DNA from: Paramoeba atlantica
Lineage: Eukaryota; Protista; Discosea
DNA length: 64,000 bases
Direction of reading: 5' to 3'
NCBI GenBank assembly: GCA_977017575.1
Contig: CDRNVI010000037.1
Coordinates: forward strand, 310,001 to 374,000
Shown one piece after another: positions 56,701 through 64,000 of this stretch (its first letter is position 1; every line of letters starts with the position of its first letter). The notes under the pieces are model-generated. The model saw only the letters and a program-made list of their open reading frames with translations, searched no databases and had not been told where the DNA came from. The translations under genes and the position numbers were made by a program.

Positions 56701-59700
56701 GAGTTTTTCGTAAAGATCGAGTTTTTTGTAGAGATCGAGTTTTTTGTAAAGATCCAGTTTTTAGCAAGGTCGAGTGTTTTGTAAAGATCGAGTTGTTTGT
56801 AAAGATCGAGTGTTTTGTAAAGATCGAGTTTTTAGTAAAGATCGAGTTTTATGTAAAGATCGAGTTTTATGTAAAGATCGACTTTTTAGCAAAGATCGAC
56901 TTTTTAGCAAAGATCGAGTTTTTTGTAAAGATCGAGTGTTTTGTAAAGGTCGAGTGTTTCGTAAATATCGAGTTTTTCGTAAAGATCGAGTTTTTTGTAG
57001 AGATCGAGTTTTTTGTAAAGATCCAGTTTTTAGCAAGGTCGAGTGTTTTGTAAAGATCGAGTTGTTTGTAAAGATCGAGTGTTTTGTAAAGATCCAGTTT
57101 TATGTAAAGATCAAATCTTTTTTTTAAATATCGAGTGTTTCGTAAATATCGAGTTTTTTGTAAAGATCGAGTTTTTAGCAAAGATCGAGTCTTTAGCAAA
57201 GATCGTGTTTTTTGTAAAGATCGAGTTTTTAGCAAAGATCGAGTTTTTTGTAAAGATCGAGTTTTTAGTAAAGATCGAGTGTTTTGTAAAGATCGAGTTT
57301 TTAGTAAAGATCGAGTTTTATGTAAAGATCGAGTTTTATGTAAAGATCAAGTTTTTAGCAAAGATCGAGTGTTTTGTAAAGATCGAGTGTTCCGTAAATA
57401 TCGAGTTTTTCGTAAAGATCGAGTTTTTAGCAATGATCGAGTTTTTTGTAAAGATCGAGTTTTTTGTAAAGATCGAGTGTTTTGTAAATATCGAGTTTTT
57501 TGTAAAGATCGAGTTGTTTGTAAAGATCGAGTGTTTTGTAAAGATCGAGTTTTTTGTAAAGATCGAATCATTTGTAAATATCGAGTGTTTCGTAAATATC
57601 GAGTTTTTTGTAAAGATCGAGTGTTTTGTAAAGATCGAGTGTTTTGTAAAGATCCAGTTTTATGTAAAGATCGAGTTTTTTGTAAAGATCGAGTGTTTTG
57701 TAAAGATCGAGTTTTTAGTAAAGATCGAGTTTTTTGTAAAGATCGAGTTTTATGTAAAGATCGAATTTTTAGTAAAGATCGAGTTTTTAGCAAAGATCGA
57801 CTTTTTAGCAAAGATCGAGTTTTTTGTAAAGATCGAGTGTTTTGTAAAGATCGAGTGTTTCGTAAATATCGAGTTTTTCGTAAAGATCGAGTTTTTTGTA
57901 GAGATCGAGTTTTTTGTAAAGATCCAGTTTTTAGCAAAGATCGAGTGTTTTGTAAAGATCGAGTTGTTTGTAAAGATCGAGTGTTTTGTAAAGATCCAGT
58001 TTTATGTAAAGATCAAATCTTTTTTTTAAATATCGAGTGTTTCGTAAATATCGAGTTTTTTGTAAAGATCGAGTTTTTAGTAAAGATCGAGTTTTTTGTA
58101 AAGATCGAGTTTTATGTAAAGATCGAATTTTTAGTAAAGATCGAGTTTTTAGCAAAGATCGACTTTTTAGCAAAGATCGAGTTTTTTGTAAAGATCGAGT
58201 GTTTTGTAAAGATCGAGTGTTTCGTAAATATCGAGTTTTTCGTAAAGATCGAGTTTTTTGTAGAGATCGAGTTTTTTGTAAAGATCCAGTTTTTAGCAAA
58301 GATCGAGTGTTTTGTAAAGATCGAGTGTTTTGTAAAGATCGAGTGTTTTGTAAATATCGAGTTTTTAGTAAAGATCGAGTGTTTTGTAAAGATCGAGTTT
58401 TTAGTAAAGATCGAGTTTTATGTAAAGATCGAGTTTTTAGCAAAGATCGAGTGTTTTGTAAAGATCGAGTGTTTCGTAAATATCGAGTTTTTCGTAAAGA
58501 TCGAGTTTTTAGCAATGATCGAGTTTTTTGTAAAGATCGAGTTTTTTGTAAAGATCGAGTGTTTTGTAAATATCGAGTTTTTTGTAAAGATCGAGTTTTT
58601 AGCAACGATCGAGTTTTTTGTAAAGATCGAGTGTTTTGTAAAGATCGAATCTTTTGTAAATATCGAGTGTTTCGTAAATATCGAGTTTTTTGTAAAGATC
58701 GAGTGTTTTGTAAAGATCGAGTTTTTTGTAAAGATCGAGTTTTTAGCAAAGATCGAGTTTTTTGTAAAGATCGAGTTGTTTGTAAAGATCGAGTGTTTTG
58801 TAAAGATCCAGTTTTATGTAAAGATCGAGTGTTTTGTAAATATCGAGTGTTTCGTAAATATCGAGTTTTTTGTAAAGATCGAGTGTTTTGTAAAGATCGA
58901 ATTTTTTCTAAAGATCGAGTGTTTTGTAAAGATCGAGTGTTTTGTAAAGATCGAGTTTTTTGTGAAGATCGAGTGTTTTGTAAAGCTCGAATTTTTTGGA
59001 AAGCTCGAATTTTCTGGAAAGATCGAGTGTTTTGTAAAGATCGAATTATTTGTAAATATCGAGTGTTTCGTAAATATCGAGTTTTTTGTAAAGATCAAGT
59101 GTTTTGTAAAGATCGACCTGTTTGTAAAGATCGAGTGTTTTGTAAAGATCCAGTTTTATGTAAAGATCGAATCTTTAGTAAATATCGAGTGTTTCGTAAA
59201 TATCGAGTTTTTTGTAAAGATCGAGTGTTTTGTAAAGATCGAGTGTTTTGTAAAGATCGAATTTTTTGTAAATATCGAGTTTTTAGCAAAGATCGAGTTT
59301 TTTGTAAAGATCGAGTGTTTTGTAAATATCGAGTTTTTTGTTAAGATCGAGTGTTTTGTAAAGATCGAGTTTTTTGTAAAGATCGAGTTTTTAGCAATGA
59401 TCGAGTTTTTTGTAAAGATCGAGTGTTTTGTAAAGATCGAGTGTTTTGTAAAGATCGAATCTTTTGTAAATATCGAGTGTTTCGTAAATATCGAGTTTTT
59501 TGTAAAGATCGAGTGTTTTGTAAAGATCGAGTTTTTTGTAAAGATCGAGTTTTATGTAAAGATCGAGTTTTTAGCAAAGATCGAGTTTTTTGTAAAGATC
59601 GAGTGTTTTATAAAGATCGAGTTTTTTGTAAAGATCGAGTTGTTTGTAACGATCGAGTGTTTTGTAAAGATCGAGTTTTTTGTAAAGATCGAATCATTTG

Positions 59701-62700
59701 TAAATATCGAGTGTTTCGTAAATATCGAGTTTTTTGTAAAGATCGAGTGTTTTGTAAAGATCGAGTTGTTTGTCAAGATCGAGTTTTTTGTAAAGATCCA
59801 GTTTTATGTAAAGATCGAATCTTTTGTAAATGTCGAGTGTTTCGTAAATATCGAGTTTTTTGTAAAGATCGAGTGTTTTGTAAAGGTCGAATTTTTTTTT
59901 AAAGATCGAGTGTTTTGTAAAGATCGAGTGTTTTGTAAAGATCGAGTGTTTTGTAAAGATCGAGTGTTTTGTAAAGATCGAGTGTTTTGTAAAGATCGAA
60001 TCATTTGTAAATATCGAGTGTTTCGTAAATATCGAGTTTTTTGTAAAGATCGAGTGTTTTGTAAAGATCGAGTGTTTTGTAAAGATCGAGTTTTTTGTAA
60101 AGATCGAGTTTTTTTTTGAAGATCGAGTTTTTTGTAAAGATCGAGTTTTTTGTAAAGATCGAATCATTTGTAAATATCGAGTGTTTCGTAAATATCGAGT
60201 TTTTTGTAAAGATCGAGTGTTTTGTAAAGATCGAGTTTTTTGTAAAGATCGAGTTTTTTTTGAAGATCGAGTTTTTTGTAAAGATCGAGTTTTTTGTAAA
60301 GATCGAATCTTTTGTAAATATCGAGTGTTTCGTAAATATCGAGTTTTTTGTAAAGATCGAGTGTTTTGTAAAGATCCAGTTTTATGTAAAGATCGAGTTT
60401 TTTGTAAAGATCGAGTGTTTTGTAAAGATCGAGTTTTTAGTAAAGATCGAGTTTTTTGTAAAGATCGAGTTTTATGTAAAGATCGAATTTTTAGTAAAGA
60501 TCGAGTTTTTAGCAAAGATCGAGTTTTTAGCAAAGATCGAGTTTTTTGTAAAGATCGAGTGTTTTGTAAAGATCGAGTGTTTCGTAAATATCGAGTTTTT
60601 CGTAAAGATCGAGTTTTTTGTAGAGATCGAGTTTTTTGTAAAGATCCAGTTTTTAGCAAAGATCGAGTGTTTTGTAAAGATCGAGTTTTTTGTAAAGATC
60701 GAATCATTTGTAAATATCGAGTGTTTCGTAAATATCGAGTGTTTTGTAAAGCTCGAATTTTTTGGAAAGCTCGAATTTTCTGGAAAGATCGAGTGTTTTG
60801 TAAAGATCGAATCATTTGTAAATATCGAGTGTTTCGTAAATATCGAGTTTTTTGTAAAGATCAAGTGTTTTGTAAAGATCGAGTTTTTTGTAAAGATCGA
60901 ATCATTTGTAAATATCGAGTGTTTCGTAAATATCGAGTTTTTTGTAAAGATCGAGTGTTTTGTAAAGATCGAGTGTTTTGTAAAGATCCAGTTTTATGTA
61001 AAGATCGAGTTTTTTGTAAAGATCGAGTGTTTTGTAAAGATCGAGTTTTTAGTAAAGATCGAGTTTTTTGTAAAGATCGAGTTTTATGTAAAGATCGAAT
61101 TTTTAGTGAAGATCGAGTTTTTAGCAAAGATCGACTTTTTAGCAAAGATCGAGTTTTTTGTAAAGATCGAGTGTTTTGTAAAGATCGAGTGTTTCGTAAA
61201 TATCGAGTTTTTAGTAAAGATCGAGTTTTTTGTAAAGATCGAGTTTTTAGTAAAGATCGAGTTTTTTGTAAAGATCGAGTTTTATGTAAACATCGAGTTT
61301 TTAGCAAAGATCGAGTGTTTTGTAAAGATCGAGTGTTTCGTAAATATCGAGTTTTTTGTAAAGATCGAGTTTTTAGCAAAGATCGAGTCTTTAGCAAAGA
61401 TCGAGTTTTTTGTAAAGATCGAGTGTTTTGTAAAGATCGAGTGTTTTGTAAATATCGAGTTTTTAGTAAAGATCGAGTTTTTTGTAAAGATCGAGTTTTT
61501 AGTAAAGATCGAGTTTTTTGTAAAGATCGAGTTTTATGTAAACATCGAGTTTTTAGCAAAGATCGAGTGTTTTGTAAAGATCGAGTGTTTCGTAAATATC
61601 GAGTTTTTCGTAAAGATCGAGTTTTTAGCAATGATCGAGTTTTTTGTAAAGATCGAGTTTTTTGTAAAGATCGAGTGTTTTGTAAATATCGAGTTTTTTG
61701 TAAAGATCGAGTTTTTAGCAACGATCGAGTTTTTTGTAAAGATCGAGTGTTTTGTAAAGATCGAATCTTTTGTAAATATCGAGTGTTTCGTAAATATCGA
61801 GTTTTTTGTAAAGATCGAGTGTTTTGTAAAGATCGAGTTTTTTGTAAAGATCGAGTTTTTAGCAATGATCGAGTTTTTTGTAAAGATCGAGTGTTTTATA
61901 AAGATCGAGTTTTTAGCAAAGATCGAGTTTTTTGTAAAGATCGAGTTGTTTGTAAAGATCGAGTGTTTTGTAAAGATCCAGTTTTATGTAAAGATCGAGT
62001 GTTTTGTAAATATCGAGTGTTTCGTAAATATCGAGTTTTTGGTAAAGATCGAGTGTTTTGTAAAGATCGAATTTTTTGTAAAGATCGAGTGTTTTGTAAA
62101 GATCGAGTGTTTTGTAAAGATCGAGTTTTTTGTGAAGATCGAGTGTTTTGTAAAGCTCGAATTTTTTGGAAAGCTCGAATTTTCTAGCGAATCAAGTGTT
62201 TTGTAAAGATCGACCTGTTTGTAAAGATCGAGTGTTTTGTAAAGATCCAGTTTTATGTAAAGATCGAATCTTTAGTAAATATCGAGTGTTTCGTAAATAT
62301 CGAGTTTTTTGTAAAGATCGAGTGTTTTGTAAAGATCGAGTGTTTTGTAAAGATCGAATTTTTTGTAAAGATCGAGTTTTTTGTTAAGATCGAGTGTTTT
62401 GTAAAGATCGAGTGTTTTGTAAAGATCGAGTTTTTTGTAAATATCGAGTTTTTAGCAAAGATCGAGTTTTTTGTAAAGATCGAGTGTTTTGTAAATATCG
62501 AGTTTTTTGTAAAGATCGAGTTTTTAGCAATGATCGAGTTTTTTGTAAAGATCGAGTGTTTTGTAAAGATCGAGTGTTTTATAAAGATCGAGTTTTTAGC
62601 AAGGATCGAGTTTTTTGTAAAGATCGAGTTGTTTGTAAAGATCGAGTGTTTTGTAAAGATCGAGTTTTTTGTAAAGATCGAATCATTTGTAAATATCGAG

Positions 62701-64000
62701 TGTTTCGTAAATATCGAGTTTTTTGTAAAGATCGAGTGTTTTGTAAAGATCGAGTTGTTTGTCAAGATAGAGTTTTTTGTAAAGATCGAGTTTTTTGTAA
62801 AGATCGAATCATTTGTAAATATCGAGTGTTTCGTAAATATCGAGTTTTTTGTAAAGATCGAGTGTTTTGTAAAGATCGAGTTTTTTGTAAAGATCGAATC
62901 TTTTGTAAATATCGAGTGTTTCGTAAATATCGAGTTGTTTGTAAAGATCGAGTGTTTTGTAAAGATCCAGTTTTATGTAAAGATCGAGTTTTTTGTAAAG
63001 ATCGAGTGTTTTGTAAAGATCGAGTTTTTAGTAAAGATCGAGTTTTTTGTAAAGATCGAGTTTTATGTAAAGATCGAATTTTTAGCAAAGAACGAGTGTT
63101 TTGTAAAGATCGAGTGTTTCGTAAATATCGAGTTTTTCGTAAAGATCGAGTTTTTAGCAATGATCGAGTTTTTTGTAAAGATCGAGTTTTTTGTAAAGAT
63201 CGAGTGTTTTGTAAATATCGAGTTTTTTGTAAAGATCGAGTTTTTAGCAATGATCGAGTTTTTTGTAAAGATCGAGTGTTTTGTAAAGATCGAATCTTTT
63301 GTAAATATCGAGTGTTTCGTAAATATCGAGTTTCTTGTAAAGATCGAGTGTTTTGTAAAGATCGAGTTTTTTGTAAAGATCGAGTTTTTAGCAATGATCG
63401 AGTTTTTTGTCAAGATCGAGTGTTTTATAAAGATCGAGTTTTTAGCAAAGATCGAGTTTTTTGTAAAGATCGAGTTTTTTGTAAAGATCGAGTGTTTTGT
63501 AAATATCGAGTTTTTTGTAAAGATCGAGTTTTTAGCAATGATCGAGTTTTTTGTAAAGATCGAGTGTTTTGTAAAGATCGAGTGTTTTGTAAAGATCGAA
63601 TCTTTTGTAAATATCGAGTGTTTCGTAAATATCGAGTTTTTTGTAAAGATCGTGTGTTTTGTAAAGATCGAGTTTTTTGTAAAGATCGAGTTTTTAGCAA
63701 TGATCGAGTTTTTTGTAAAGATCGAGTGTTTTATAAAGATCGAGTTTTTAGCAAAGATCGAGTTTTTTGTAAAGATCGAGTTTTTTGTAAAGATCGAGTT
63801 TTTTGTAAAGATCGAGTTTTTTGTAAAGATCGAGTTTTTTTAGCAAAGATCGAGTGTTTTGTAAAGATCGAGTGTTTCGTAAATATCGAGTTTTTTGTAA
63901 AGATCGAGTGTTTTGTAAATATCGAGTTTTTTGTAAAGATCGAGTTTTTAGCAATGATCGAGTTTTTTGTAAAGATCGAGTGTTTTGTAAAGATCGAATC
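50795..64000. repeat. 18-bp satellite (consensus GATCGAGT(T/G)TTTTGTAAA), >13 kb, over 700 monomers, with higher-order repeats; runs off the window end
   Basis: Continuous 18-nt periodicity with recurring ordered blocks of variant monomers. Confidence 0.99.

Noticed and set aside
50866-63954. Very long ORFs (CKDRVF / VKIEFF / LQKTRS repeats)
   Set aside because: They are a by-product of an 18-bp monomer lacking stops in several frames; they shift frame at T-run indels and occur on both strands.

Overview
Eukaryotic, most likely kinetoplastid DNA (Perkinsela-like/prokinetoplastid; an inference). The basis is the mitochondrial HSP60 with ATGTNPxDMKRGMD and GFGDNK signatures, and ~20 intronless genes all on the + strand over 50 kb with upstream polypyrimidine tracts, as in a trans-spliced polycistronic unit. 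Bases 1-50.3 kb interleave housekeeping genes (HSP60, CLP1, DIM1, EIF1AD-like, PPR-like, two LOTUS/wHTH-like proteins) with 11 members of one short LRR family. Three recent LRR paralogues show mosaicism and variation focused on exposed beta-strand positions, and one member is broken by an insertion. Intergenic DNA is packed with DNA transposons: an intact 2.8-kb hAT (17-bp TIR, 8-bp TSD, 635-aa transposase), a deleted Tc1, Merlin/IS1595-like fragments, many TA-flanked MITEs (some nested), a DIRS/VIPER-like RT-RNaseH fragment and a hairpin-ended dispersed repeat. One copy of that repeat runs directly into a >13-kb 18-bp satellite with higher-order structure that fills 50.8-64 kb. Many genes show abrupt C-rich to G-rich compositional switches inside coding sequence. 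All protein calls are by eye from motifs; no searches were run.
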